From an uncultured delta proteobacterium (lineage in GTDB: Bacteria > Myxococcota_A > Polyangia > Polyangiales > Polyangiaceae), in NCBI GenBank assembly GCA_963716725.1, contig CAVQUB010000001.1:225901-289900 (forward strand): a stretch of DNA of 64,000 nucleotides, given 5' to 3'. This document shows, one piece after another, positions 42,044-53,126 of this stretch. How positions within the stretch are numbered: position 1 is the stretch's first letter; the number at the start of each line of letters is the position of its first letter. Under the pieces are notes generated by a model, which saw only the letters and a list, made by a program, of their open reading frames with translations, was not told where the DNA came from and did not search any database. The translations under genes were made by a program, and so were the position numbers.

Positions 42044-43206
42044 GTCGACCTTCCATCCTGCTCGCCGGCGGCGGCACCGGAGGCCACGTCTTCCCGTTGA
42101 TCGCGGTGGCAGACGCGCTGACCCTGCTGGCGCCAGAACTGCAATTGGTGTTTGTCGGCACCGAGCGCGGCATGGAGGTGACGCTCGTACCGGAGCGGGG
42201 CTACGCGCTCGAGCTGGTCCGCGTGAGCCCGATCCGCGGCGGGGGAGTGCGGGGCGCGGTGCGTGGCGTGTGGCGCGCGATGATGAGCATTCCCGAGTCG
42301 CGGGCGCTCTTGGCGAAGTACGGGCCGCGTGCAGTGCTCAGCATTGGCGGCTACGCTGCGGGCCCGATCTCGTTGGCGACGCGCCTTGCACGCGTGCCGC
42401 TCGCCCTGATCGAGCCGAATAGCGTGATGGGCCTCGCCAACCGGCTCACGGCCCCGCTGGTGCAGCGCGCGTACGTGGCCTTCCCGCAAGCCGCCACCCA
42501 CTTTGGCCGGGGGACGGCCCTGACCACCGGCGTGCCGATCCGCGGCGGATTCGAGCCGCGAGCCTACGGCAAGCGCGGCGGCTCGATCGAAGTGCTGGTG
42601 CTCGGCGGCAGCCAAGGAGCCAAGTCGCTGAACGAGACCATCCCGGAGGCTTTGGCGCGGACGAGGGCCGAGATCCGGGTCACGCATCAGTGTGGCGCTG
42701 CGCACGCAGCCGCGGTGCGGGCGACCTACGAACGACTCGCTCCGGGCTTCGAATGGCAGATTGTGCCTTTCATTCAAGACGTGCCGGCAGCCCTTGCGGC
42801 TTCGGACTTGGTGATCAGCCGCTCGGGAGCCAGCGCGGTGAGCGAGATCGCAGCGGTGGGGCGCCCGGCCTTGTTCGTGCCGTACCCCCACGCGGCGGGC
42901 GATCATCAGCGCCACAACGCCGAGACGCTGGCAAGGGCCGGCGCGGCGGTTTCCGTCGCTTCGAACGAGGCGACGGCAGCGCGTCTCGCGACCGAGATCG
43001 AGCGGCTGGCCAGTGATCCCGGGCTGCTCGCGAGCATGGCTGAAGCCGCCTCCCACTGGGGCAAGCCAAACGCGGCCCGCGAGATCGCGCGCGATCTGCT
43101 CGAGCTCGCCGGCCTCGCACCCGCCGGCCACCAACCCAGCAGAGCCGCGTCGAAGGCCAAGCGACCGGACGACGGCGCCAACAAATTGCTCGAGGTAGCG
43201 GGATGA
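42040..43206 (+). CDS. murG: Lipid II GlcNAc transferase MurG
   Basis: GGGTGGHVFP, GGSQGA, SRSGAS and HQRHNA motifs. Confidence 0.96.
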   Translation: MSRPSILLAGGGTGGHVFPLIAVADALTLLAPELQLVFVGTERGMEVTLVPERGYALELVRVSPIRGGGVRGAVRGVWRAMMSIPESRALLAKYGPRAVLSIGGYAAGPISLATRLARVPLALIEPNSVMGLANRLTAPLVQRAYVAFPQAATHFGRGTALTTGVPIRGGFEPRAYGKRGGSIEVLVLGGSQGAKSLNETIPEALARTRAEIRVTHQCGAAHAAAVRATYERLAPGFEWQIVPFIQDVPAALAASDLVISRSGASAVSEIAAVGRPALFVPYPHAAGDHQRHNAETLARAGAAVSVASNEATAARLATEIERLASDPGLLASMAEAASHWGKPNAAREIARDLLELAGLAPAGHQPSRAASKAKRPDDGANKLLEVAG

Positions 43207-43347
43207 CCTCGAACGCCCCCCTCATCGAAGAAGGCTCCGCGAACGCAGAGCACGCGGAGCACGCAAGGAAGAGAAATTTGGTTCCAGTCGCGAGCCGCGG
43301 CGCAGCGGTGAGTCAATACCCTCTAGCCATCGCAGATCAGAATCGCC

Positions 43348-43581
43348 CTCCGGCCGCTGCTCGCCTCGCGAGCCAGGCTCCGGCCGCTGCTCGCCTCGCG
43401 AGCCAGGCTCCGGCCGCTGCTCGCCTCGCGAGCCAGGCTCCGGCCGCTGCTCGCCTCGCGAGCCAGGCTCCGGCCGCTGCTCGCCTCGCGAGCCAGGCTC
43501 CGGCCGCTGCTCGCCTCGCGAGCCAGGCTCTCCCTCTGCCTCTGCCTCTGCCTCCGGCCGCCGCTCGCCTCGCGAGCCAGG
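43348..43581. repeat. 30-bp VNTR: six perfect units (43348-43527) plus a degenerate seventh
   Basis: The unit ctccggccgctgctcgcctcgcgagccagg repeats head-to-tail with no spacers. Confidence 0.95.
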
Positions 43582-43857
43582 CTCTCCCTCTCCCGGCCGG
43601 CCAGGCTCTGCGTCGAGCCGCTGCTTGCAGCGGCGAGACTGGAACACCGGTCCCAGTCCGAAGCCCGATCAGATCACGATCCGCCCGAGTAGCCACAACG
43701 CCCAAGGTGCCCGGCGGAGCGGGCGCCTGGCTCCTCTCAGCCCGCGACAGTCGCAAGACCTCCCCCCGCAAGACCCAACGCAAAATACAAAACCCAAGAG
43801 CGGCCCGCCGGGGCGTTCCCACCCACCACAGTAGCCCGGCGCCCCACGGAGGCCAGA

Positions 43858-45255
43858 GTGTTTAGGGGCCGCGTCCGGCACGTGCACTTCATCGGCGTCG
43901 GTGGCATCGGCATGTCCGGCCTGGCGGAGATCCTGCGCACGCTCGAGTTCGACGTCTCCGGATCGGACATGAAGGAGGGCGAGAATACGCGGGGCCTCAA
44001 GCGGCTGGGCGTTCGCATCGACGTCGGGCATCGGGCTGAGAACGTCCAGGGCGCAGACGTGGTCGTATTCTCGAGCGCCATCGGCTCGGACAACCCCGAG
44101 ATGCGCGAAGCGGTGCGGATCGGCATCCCGGTGATCGCGCGGGCGGAGATGCTGGCCGAGCTGATGCGGGTGAAGTACGGGGTCGCCATCGCCGGCAGCC
44201 ACGGCAAGACCACGACCACGTCGCTGGTGGCCACGGTGCTCCGTGAAGCTGGCTTCGATCCGACCGTCGTGGTCGGCGGGCGCATGGCGGCGCTGGGCTC
44301 CAACGCGCGGCTCGGCGCCGGCGATCTGCTGGTCGCGGAGGCCGACGAGAGCGACGGCTCGTTCCTACGGCTCACCCCCACCATCGCTGTCATCACCAAC
44401 ATCGACGCGGAGCACCTGGATTTCTACGGGACTCACGAGCGCGTGAAGACGGCGTTTGTCGAGTTCGCGGAGCGAGTGCCGTTTTATGGGCTCAGCGTGC
44501 TGTGTCTCGACCACCCGCACGTGCAAGACATCTTGCCACGCATTCGGCACCGGCACGTGACCTACGGCCTCTCGCCGCAGGCGGACTACTGCGCGCGCAA
44601 CGTGCGCCAGGCCGGTCTCACCACCAGCTTCATGGTGCATCGCAAGGGCGAGCCCCTGGGCGAGTTCTCGGTGCGCATGCCTGGCGAACACAACGTACTG
44701 AACACCATGGCGACCATCGCCGTCGCCGACGAGCTCGAGGTGCCGCTCGACGTGATGAAGAGCGCTCTCAAGAGCTTCCATGGCGTCGCGCGCCGCTTCA
44801 CGGTCACGCACGAGATCGGCGGCGTGACGCTGGTGGACGACTACGGGCACCATCCGGCGGAGGTGATCGCGACCCTCGACGCGGCGCGGAAGGTGTTCAA
44901 TCAGCGGGTACTGGTGGCGTTTCAGCCCCATCGCTACAGCCGCACGCAGCACTCCTTCGACGACTTCACGCGGGCGTTCAACGTCGCCGACTCGGTCATC
45001 ATCGCGGACATCTACGCGGCCGGAGAACAGCCCATCGCCGGCATCAGCTCGGAGGCGCTGGTGAAGGCGATGCACGACCACGGCCACCACTCCGTTCGTC
45101 ACATCCCGGACCGGCGCGCCATCGCCGAGGCGCTGGTCGCGGAGGCTCGGCCCGGCGACGTCGTGGTCGCCCTGGGCGCGGGTGACATCAACAAGATCCT
45201 GCCGCTGGTGGCGGAGGGCTTGCGAGCGCGCTTCGGCGGAGGGAACCAGCCATGA
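43858..45255 (+). CDS. murC: UDP-MurNAc-L-Ala ligase
   Basis: GVGGIGMSGLA, GSHGKTTTTS, EADESD and DDYGHHP motifs. Confidence 0.97.
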   Translation: MFRGRVRHVHFIGVGGIGMSGLAEILRTLEFDVSGSDMKEGENTRGLKRLGVRIDVGHRAENVQGADVVVFSSAIGSDNPEMREAVRIGIPVIARAEMLAELMRVKYGVAIAGSHGKTTTTSLVATVLREAGFDPTVVVGGRMAALGSNARLGAGDLLVAEADESDGSFLRLTPTIAVITNIDAEHLDFYGTHERVKTAFVEFAERVPFYGLSVLCLDHPHVQDILPRIRHRHVTYGLSPQADYCARNVRQAGLTTSFMVHRKGEPLGEFSVRMPGEHNVLNTMATIAVADELEVPLDVMKSALKSFHGVARRFTVTHEIGGVTLVDDYGHHPAEVIATLDAARKVFNQRVLVAFQPHRYSRTQHSFDDFTRAFNVADSVIIADIYAAGEQPIAGISSEALVKAMHDHGHHSVRHIPDRRAIAEALVAEARPGDVVVALGAGDINKILPLVAEGLRARFGGGNQP

Positions 45256-46166
45256 GGTCACGAAAGCACGGAGCTGCGGTGGCGGCGCCCGACGAGAGCG
45301 GCTTCGTCGACGGCGAGAGCCCGAAGCCGGGGCCGGTGGGCGCCAAGAATGCTCGGGGACGGCGCTCCCAGAGCGGCGTGAGCGAGCCGCCCCCGGGAGA
45401 TCCCAGCTTCCTTCGCACGGCGTGGTCGCTGACCAAGCTCGCGCTCGGCGTCGTGTTGGTGGTGGCGGCGTCGGGGCTGGTCGCTTGGGGAGCGCACCGC
45501 TACGCCCTGACCTCGCCCCGCTTCGCCATTCGAGAGATCGAGGTCAAGGGCGGCAAACGCAAGGCTGAAGATCAGATCGCGCGCGCGGCTGGCATCAAGC
45601 GCGGCGACAACGTCTTCGCCATCGACACCAACGCGGCCGAGCAGAAGCTGCTGGCGGATCCCTGGGTCAAGCAGGTGAAGGTCGCGCGGGTCTTGCCGAG
45701 CACGATCAAGATCGAGCTCGAGGAGCGCGAGGCGGGCGCACTTGCGTCCATTGGCGATCGTCTGTACCTGGTCACGCGCGAGGGCGATCCCTTCAAGCCC
45801 ATCGAAGAAGGCGATCCCTTCGACCTGCCGGTGCTGACGGGCGTGACCGCAGAGGATCTAGCGCGCGACCGCGCGCGGGCCATCGAGCGCGTCGCGCTGG
45901 GGCTCGAGATCGTGAGGCACTGGGAGCGCATCCCGCTCAGTCGCGTTCACCCCGTGCAGGAGGTGCACCTCGCGGCGGGGGGCGACGTGAGCCTGACGGT
46001 GGGCAAGGCCGGCATCAGCGTGCACATCGGCAAGGGTCCGTGGCGCAAGAAGCTGCTGATGGCCGAGCGGGTCATCGGGCAGATGGAGAAGAAGGGCCGA
46101 GCGCCCGGCATCGTGTTCGCGGACAACGTGGCGCACCCCGAGCGGGTGGTGGTGAGGATGCGATGA
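45252..46166 (+). CDS. ftsQ: Cell division protein FtsQ/DivIB
   Basis: TM plus POTRA (PWVKQVKVARVLPSTI); lies immediately upstream of ftsA. Confidence 0.88.
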   Translation: MRSRKHGAAVAAPDESGFVDGESPKPGPVGAKNARGRRSQSGVSEPPPGDPSFLRTAWSLTKLALGVVLVVAASGLVAWGAHRYALTSPRFAIREIEVKGGKRKAEDQIARAAGIKRGDNVFAIDTNAAEQKLLADPWVKQVKVARVLPSTIKIELEEREAGALASIGDRLYLVTREGDPFKPIEEGDPFDLPVLTGVTAEDLARDRARAIERVALGLEIVRHWERIPLSRVHPVQEVHLAAGGDVSLTVGKAGISVHIGKGPWRKKLLMAERVIGQMEKKGRAPGIVFADNVAHPERVVVRMR

Positions 46167-46305
46167 ACGGCCAACTTCTTGGATCCGGGATTTCGCTGGA
46201 ATCCTTCGTGAAAACTTGGCCCCCCGGGGGCCCCTCTGGCAGCGTCGCCCCTGCTTCGAGGCCCGGAAAACCGGCCTCAGTCGAGCCCCGAGGAGCCCCA
46301 AAGCG

Positions 46306-47568
46306 ATGAGCTACGCCGCCCTGTCCAGCCCCGAGATCGTGGTCGGGCTCGACCTCGGTTCGACCAAGGTCAGCGCCGTCGTCGGCGAGGTCGACGGCGA
46401 CGGCATCACCATCCTCGGTGTGGGCAACGTGCCCTGCCGCGGACTGCGCAAGGGAGTGATCAGCAACATCGATTGGACCGTGCGCTCGATCCGCGAGGCC
46501 ATCGACGCCGCCCAGACCATGGCGGGCGTCGAGATCCGCACCGTCTACGCCGGCATCGCGGGATCGCACATCCGCAGCCACATGTCCGACGGCGTGTGCG
46601 CCATCAGCGGACGCGAGGTCACGCGCTCCGATCTCGAGCGGGTGCTCGAAGGCGCGCGGGCGATCCCCGTGGACGCCGATCGCATGATCTTGCACGCGCT
46701 TCCCCGCGAGTACGTCGTCGACAACCAAGACGGCATCCGGGACCCGATCGGCATGAGCGGCGTGCGCCTACAGGTGCGCTGCAACTTGGTGACGGCTGCC
46801 AGCAGCTGCGTGCAGAACGTCGTGCGCTGCGTCGAGCGCTGCAACCTCCAGGTCGCCGACGTCGTGCTCGAGCCGCTGGCCAGCGCCGACGCGGTCGTCT
46901 CCGAAGACGAGAAGGAAATCGGCGTCGCGGTCATCGACATCGGCGGCGGTACCACCGATCTGATCCTGTTCGCCGACGGCGGAGTGGCCCACGTCTCGGT
47001 GATCCCGGCCGGTGGCAACAACATCTCCAGCGACGTCGCGGCGGGGCTGCGCACGCCGCTGGCCGAGGCCGAGCGCCTCAAGCGCAACTACGGCTGCGCC
47101 CTCGGCCGCATGGTGAACGACGACGAAGAGATCGAGGTGCCGGGCGTCGGCGGACACGGACCGCGTCGCGCGGCGCGCCGCTTGCTCAGCGACATCATCG
47201 AGCCCCGGGTCGAGGAGATCTTCAGCGAGGCTCGGCGTCGCATCGAAGAGACCGGGCTGCTCGAGCAGGTGTCGAGCGGATGCGTGCTCACCGGAGGCGC
47301 TGCGCTGATGGAGGGCATGGTCGAGTGCGCGGAGGAGATCCTCGGCATGCCGGTGCGGCTCGGCTTCCCGGTCGGCGTGCGCGGCATCGTTCAGTTGGTG
47401 CAAGGGCCCCAGTACGCGACGGGAGTGGGGCTCGTGCGCTACGGCGCGCAGCAGCTCTCCGACGCCTCGCGCGGCGGGATCTCGCCGGTGGAGCAGGCGA
47501 TCAGCCCGAGCGAGGCCATCGCGAAGAGCAAGAGTGGATTCTGGGGCTGGATCAGGGCTGCGTTCTGA
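46306..47568 (+). CDS. ftsA: Cell division protein FtsA
   Basis: GLDLGSTKV, DIGGGTT, AERLK and LTGG motifs plus a C-terminal amphipathic helix. Confidence 0.97.
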   Translation: MSYAALSSPEIVVGLDLGSTKVSAVVGEVDGDGITILGVGNVPCRGLRKGVISNIDWTVRSIREAIDAAQTMAGVEIRTVYAGIAGSHIRSHMSDGVCAISGREVTRSDLERVLEGARAIPVDADRMILHALPREYVVDNQDGIRDPIGMSGVRLQVRCNLVTAASSCVQNVVRCVERCNLQVADVVLEPLASADAVVSEDEKEIGVAVIDIGGGTTDLILFADGGVAHVSVIPAGGNNISSDVAAGLRTPLAEAERLKRNYGCALGRMVNDDEEIEVPGVGGHGPRRAARRLLSDIIEPRVEEIFSEARRRIEETGLLEQVSSGCVLTGGAALMEGMVECAEEILGMPVRLGFPVGVRGIVQLVQGPQYATGVGLVRYGAQQLSDASRGGISPVEQAISPSEAIAKSKSGFWGWIRAAF

Positions 47569-47707
47569 TCGGCTTCGAGCAGTATTTGGCAACGTAACAG
47601 CGGACGACTAGGCGAAAGAAAGACGAAGGCTCCACCAGGGGAGGCAGGCCCCGGAGCTCGAGTCGAAATGACACAGCGGCGATTACCGCGCCGGGAGGAT
47701 GAGGAAG

Positions 47708-49006
47708 ATGACGTTCTCGATCGAGTTTGCCGACGAGACCCAAGCGTACCAGGCCCGTATCAAGGTGATCGGGGTGGGCGGTTCGGGCGGCAACGCAGTC
47801 AACACGATGATTCACTTCGGCCTCGAGGGGGTGGAGTTCATCAGCGTGAACACCGACGCCCAGGCCTTGGGCAGCAACGCCGCAGCGCAGAAGATCTCCA
47901 TCGGAGCGAACCTGACGCGCGGCCTCGGCGCGGGCGCCAATCCGGAGCGGGGCCGCAAGGCGGCGCTCGAGGACGTCAACCGCCTCAAGGAGGTGCTCGA
48001 GGGCGCCGACATGGTGTTCGTCACCGCCGGCATGGGCGGCGGCACCGGCACCGGCGCGGCGCCGATCATCGCGCAGGTCGCCAAGGAGCTCGGCGCGCTG
48101 ACGGTGGGCGTCGTCACCAAGCCCTTCGTCTTCGAGGGCAAGAAGCGGGCGCGCCAGGCCGAGTCCGGCATCGCCGCGCTCAACGAGCACGTCGACACGC
48201 TGATCACCATCCCGAACGAGAAGCTGATGACGCTCGCCGACGAGGAGCTCACCTTCGTCGACGCCTTCCGCAAGGCCGACGAGGTGCTGTTCCAGGCCGT
48301 GAAGGGCATCAGCGATCTGATCACCCAGGACGGCATCGTCAACGTCGACTTCGCCGACGTGCGCACGGTGATGAACAACATGGGCCGCGCGCTCATGGGC
48401 ACCGGCTGCGCCAAGGGCGAGGGCCGCGCGCGCCTGGCGGCGGAGCACGCCATCATGTCGCCGCTGCTCGACAACATCAGCGTCGAGGGCGCGACCGGCG
48501 TCCTGATCAACATCGTCGGCGGCTCCGACATGAAGATGCGGGAAATCCAGGAGGCCGCCAGCTTGATCCAGGAGCAGGCCCACGAGGACGCCAACATCAT
48601 CTTCGGCGCCAGCATCGACGAGAGCATGGGCGAGGCCATCAAGGTGACGGTCATCGCCACCGGCTTCGACCGCGCCGATGCGGACATCCCCGTCGAGATC
48701 TCCGCGCCGGCCCGGGTGGTCGCGACCGCGCCCTCGCGCCGTGACTCGGCCCGCGACGCCCTGCGCGAGGGTTTCGCCAGCGCGCCCCCGTCCCGCGCCT
48801 CGCTCTCGCGCCCCGCCCTCGATCGCGATCTGGTCCCGGCCATGAGCACGCGCCGCCCGGCTGCCCTCGCCGCGAGCCTGCAAGCGCAGAACGCCCCGAA
48901 CTCGAGCGCGGGTCCCGAGGTCCGTTCCCGCATCAGCTTCCCCGCGTCTCTCGACGCGGACGCGGACTGGGACACGCCTGCGTTCCAGCGTCGCGGCGGC
49001 GGCTGA
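47708..49006 (+). CDS. ftsZ: Cell division protein FtsZ
   Basis: [23 protein letters not shown] and the C-terminal peptide DTPAFQRR. Confidence 0.98.
   Translation: MTFSIEFADETQAYQARIKVIGVGGSGGNAVNTMIHFGLEGVEFISVNTDAQALGSNAAAQKISIGANLTRGLGAGANPERGRKAALEDVNRLKEVLEGADMVFVTAGMGGGTGTGAAPIIAQVAKELGALTVGVVTKPFVFEGKKRARQAESGIAALNEHVDTLITIPNEKLMTLADEELTFVDAFRKADEVLFQAVKGISDLITQDGIVNVDFADVRTVMNNMGRALMGTGCAKGEGRARLAAEHAIMSPLLDNISVEGATGVLINIVGGSDMKMREIQEAASLIQEQAHEDANIIFGASIDESMGEAIKVTVIATGFDRADADIPVEISAPARVVATAPSRRDSARDALREGFASAPPSRASLSRPALDRDLVPAMSTRRPAALAASLQAQNAPNSSAGPEVRSRISFPASLDADADWDTPAFQRRGGG
48941..49006 (+). repeat. ftsZ 3'-end repeat, copy 1 (native gene end)
   Basis: The 48-bp core gacgcggactgg...ggcggctga is identical at 53358-53405 and 60594-60641. 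Confidence 0.95.
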
Positions 49007-49036
49007 AGTCGCCTCCTTGCCCGTTCGGTATGTCGA

Positions 49037-49069
49037 ACCCCCTCGTCTCGCAAGAGGCGGGGGGGGGGT
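49037..49069. terminator. GC-rich hairpin after ftsZ (GCAA loop); terminator-like or att arm
   Basis: accccctcgtctc-gcaa-gaggcggggg lies between convergent genes and has no U-tract. A near copy occurs at 53450-53476. Confidence 0.6.
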
Positions 49070-49195
49070 GGTGCGCCCAGCGCTACCCAAGGGGCTCCGC
49101 GGAACGAAACCAGAGCGGGTTGGGCTGCGGGCTCGCGGGGCGCACAGACCTGGGATTGGACGAGGCGCTTGGCACGCACGAACTCGCCCGCTACG

Positions 49196-49825
49196 TCAGT
49201 TGCCGCTCGTCCCGGGCGGCGGATCCGGAACGAACACGTACTGCTCATTGGCAACTACGATCTGGGGGGTAGTGGCGCGTTGGATCGTCCCAGTCAGGCG
49301 GACGGGGGTTTCCTTGGGGAATGGACAAACACGTTCGCAGTTGTTTTGGCAGTCAAAGTCATGGCACAGATACTTGTTGAGCGTCTGCGGGTCCATGATG
49401 ATGAGCGAGCTCGCGTTGCCTTCGCAGGCCGGCATCCCGACAGTGCCAGGCGGCACGAAGACCGCACGACCCGTGCATCCGGTGCAACTCCCGCACTTAA
49501 TCATCTTGCAGGTGATGGGTGCGTCGCACGACACCACCCAACCGGCGGTGGTGACTCGCTTTCCGAAGTAGGCCGCGGCCTCCACGATCAAGCGCTCGAT
49601 TGACACTTCCTCGGGGCTCTCTGGAGCGCTCGTCGCGTCATTGACGCCCCCATCGGACGCTCGGACGCCCGCTTCCGGCAGTCCGGGGTTGCCGGGTTCG
49701 GCCCGAGGCGTCGCAACGCCTTGGGATTGACCTGACGGCGCGCGACAGGTCACCGCCATCGCGGCGCCGAGCGTGGCCAAGCAGACGCTACGCGTCGCGG
49801 CCGAGAAAGCACCTCGGATGCTCAT
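49196..49825 (-). CDS. Small Cys-rich putative lipoprotein (module 1)
   Basis: Hydrophobic N-terminus ending AVTC and many Cys; starts 5 bp after the protease stop. Confidence 0.65.
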   Translation of the reverse strand: MSIRGAFSAATRSVCLATLGAAMAVTCRAPSGQSQGVATPRAEPGNPGLPEAGVRASDGGVNDATSAPESPEEVSIERLIVEAAAYFGKRVTTAGWVVSCDAPITCKMIKCGSCTGCTGRAVFVPPGTVGMPACEGNASSLIIMDPQTLNKYLCHDFDCQNNCERVCPFPKETPVRLTGTIQRATTPQIVVANEQYVFVPDPPPGTSGN

Positions 49826-49830
49826 CGCCG

Positions 49831-52800
49831 TCAGAGCCCGAGGAGCTGTTGGGTGGGCTGGGGCTTCGAGGACTGCTTTCCGCTCGCGGCCGGCGCTGCG
49901 GGCGCTGCGGGCGCGGTGGTCTTGAAGAACGTGACCTCCGCGGCGTTGATGGCCCGCAGAAGAGCCAAGAGGTCATCCGCGTGAGCTGAGTCCGCCGCGG
50001 TCCATGTGCACGCGCCCCGGCCGACAAGTAGAGCTCCCGCGCTTGCAATGACGTCAGCGACCGAGCTGTCGCGCGTATACACGAACGCACCCGCCAGATC
50101 TTCGCCGGCCGCAGCTCGCGCGACGACGTTGATCTGGCCAGCCAACAACTCGGCGTAAAGGTCGGCCATCACTCGCGCTGGGCCGATGGTGTCGCCGTGG
50201 GCTAGATGCGCCGGCAGTGCGGGAGCCCCGACGACGAGCAGCTTGGTTTTGGTACCCTGCTTGCCTGGCGGCAGATGGCACACGGCCGCGTGCGAGCCGT
50301 TCGCGCCGCCAAGCTCGGGAGCGGTGCCACTGAGCATGGCCGTTGCCCCCGATGCTGATGCCACCGAAATGCCACCAACGGTGATCGGCAAGAACGAACT
50401 CACGTCAGCCGAGATCCACTGATCGACGGGGACCGCTCCGCTCGGGCTGAGCCGCCGGGTGGGCTGGCCGAAGACCTCGTATGTGACCGGAGAGCCCACC
50501 GGGGCCCAAATGCGGACGTTGTTCTGGACGCGAAGGTTCTGCCATCGCCATTCCCACGCGCCAGGCACACCCTGGACCGTGACCTTCAACTGCTCCTCGT
50601 CGAAGACCGTCACCCCGTCGTTGTTTCCCGATGGGTTCGTGTTGGTGAGGACGACCGCCCCCGAGGGGTTCCGCACGTCGTAGCGAAGATCTGCGCTGGC
50701 GCCGGTGGCGACGCCGTTGGACTTCACATCCAGCGGCCCGCGTTGGCCCACGACCGCAGGATCGTCGTCCACCAGGATGTCAGCGTCGGCATCTCGGAGC
50801 GTCATCGAAACCGACGCGGTCCCGACATCCACGAAGAACCGAAATACTCCGTCGTACTTGGTGTCCAGCATCGCGGTGTCGGCGAGCGGACCCACGGCGA
50901 AGGGGCCGGCGAGATCGCGCGCGATGAACGCGAAGTCATTGGCGATCGTGCTGACTTGACCCGTAGCGCGCACCTTGAAGCTGTTGGTGAGCCCGGCGGT
51001 GACCGGAATGACGGGCTGCCCGCAGGCCGCCTGGGTCAGGTACACGTCGAGAATGTAGAAATGCGCCCCGCTTCCGCTCGCAGTACCGAAGACCGGTCCA
51101 GCGTATATCTTTCCCCAGGACGCGTCGGGCAGCGCAGCGTCCTCGACCACCGTGGCCGGTAGCAGCGTTTCGGGGGTGGCCTTGTCCTTGGAGCTGTAGA
51201 GCTCGTAGCACGTGCGGGTGCCGGCGTTGTTGCCGGTGTCGTACAGGCTTCCAAGCGTCTGGTCACCGTCGAAGACCTGAACGGTGACGGCGCTTTGGCC
51301 GGCGGGTACGCCGATGAGAAAACGAGTGCGCTGATTGGGTACGGTTGCGAAAGGTTGCCCCGTCACCGTCACGAATCGGCCATCGTCGCCGTCTGCTGAC
51401 GGGAAGCCCGAGAGCGGCACGCCTTTGTTGACGGGTCCGTTCGCACCACCGAAGTACAAGTCTCGCGTCCCGTCCTCTCTGATCAGCTCCAGATCGATGA
51501 AGCCGTCCTTGTCGGCGTCCCCGGTCGAGTACTCGACGTAGGTCCCGACGAGCAGGGGGAAGACGGAGCCGCCCAGATTCACATCGAAGAAGATGGCCTG
51601 CGCCCCAGCGACCACGACGAAATCTTCAACGCCGTCGTTGTCGAAGTCGCCCAGCGGAACGAACGAGAACTTGTCCGCCTGCTGCTGTGAGACGGGGAGC
51701 AGAGTGTCGAACGACACAAGGAACGCACCATCGATGTAGATGTTGATCCACAGCGTGCCTTGGTCCTCGAAGAACGCCAGGAAGTCGTCGCGGATCCCGT
51801 CCAGGTCGTAGTCATAGGCGACGGGCAGCCATTTCCGCGGAAGCTGCTTCAGGTCGAGGCCGACCGAACGATGGTCGCCGCTGCCCGGGCACGTCGGCGC
51901 GCCTTGCCCGGTTGGAAAACAGTCCTGCGTGCAGCCACCGGGGCCGAGCACCTCTTTCGGCCCAGAGATGACCATTCCGAGCGCCGCCCCGGAGGGCGTC
52001 AGCACCGGAGCGCCACTGGACCCAGGCAGCAGATCGGCCTCGACGGTGAACGTTCCGGGTCCCCCGCCGTTCACCAGCACTTGGCCGACGCTCGCAATGT
52101 TGACCTGATTGTCGAGCTTGAGTGGAAGGCCCAAGTTGTGCGTCCAAACGAGGTTGTTCTGCGAGGGCGCGACCGGCGCACTAGCTGGGAACAGCGGTTC
52201 GCGGGCGGCCGTCAGCGGGCCGCCGGTGCCGGTGCCGCCGCTCACCGGACGATCCACTCGGAAGACCACCCAATCGTTGGGCAGCCCGCTGGTCGTGGGC
52301 AGCGCGACCGGACCGTGATCGAGAACCGCATCGCAGAAGTAGATGTGGCGTGAAAAATGTTCGGGTTTCCGTCGGGAAAGCTCGAGCCGCTCGTGCGCCA
52401 CCGCATCACCACCGACCGCTCCGCGCATTCTTGATTCCAGCCGTTCCATGGAAACACCAGATCGGTCATGCAGTGCGCGGCGGTCGCGAATCGATCAGGT
52501 CCGATCATGAACGCCGTGCACGGCGCGGTTGGCAGGACGCGCTCGGAGCTGAAGAACTCCCCGCGCAGAGCCCCGATGGCGTCGTGGACATGATCCAGGT
52601 GCAATCGGTGGCCGTCGGAGGTACGGGACAGTTGAAGGCCGTCGAGTTCAGCTGGGATCGGTTCGCCATCAGCCCGACCGCGGTGCCGTATTCCTGGTGA
52701 GCCAGGGTCGACACGTTCTCGAAGTTCTTCAGGTTTGCATTGCCCCAGATCACCTCGGAGGCGGTGTTCGAGCGCGGACTCTCCATCGGCCCGTCAGGTG

Positions 52801-52930
52801 ATGAGCACGCCGTGGGTGCGACGAAGGCCAGCAGGGCGAGCAGCGCTATCGCCGCGCGGCGTGCCCCCTGCGAGGCTCGTGCCAACCTCGATACGAATGC
52901 AGTCCGCCAGCCGTCTCGTCCTTGCGCCAT
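49831..52930 (-). pseudogene. Trypsin-like (S1) serine protease lipoprotein of about 1030 aa, split by two single-base deletions (possible sequencing errors)
   Basis: RBS GGAGG and lipobox PTAC are in frame 1, TAAHC in frame 2, and NDWVVF plus PGSSGAP in frame 3. The frames join by adding one G (~52560) and one T (~52355) to short homopolymers. FG-GAP-like DxDxDG motifs follow. Confidence 0.8.
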
Positions 52931-53126
52931 CATCCACCTCCCGCGCAGCCAACGCCCCAGAGCTGAATCAACACGAAGGAGGTCGGGGTCGTCAAGGTAC
53001 GAATCAGCGCACACGCACACGCGCACGCCGACCTCGCCGACCTCGCGGCGTGCCCGGCTGCGCCCAGAAGCCCTGCGACAGTAGGTGGCGCCAGCGGCGA
53101 CGGGTTCTCTCTCGCGCGCCGTGCAT

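Noticed and set aside
43348..43581. CRISPR array
   Set aside because: The 30-bp units are contiguous with no unique spacers, and there are no cas genes in the window.
49059..49068. G10 tract as a phase-variation switch
   Set aside because: It is intergenic, forms the 3' strand of the hairpin, and its length may be a sequencing artefact.
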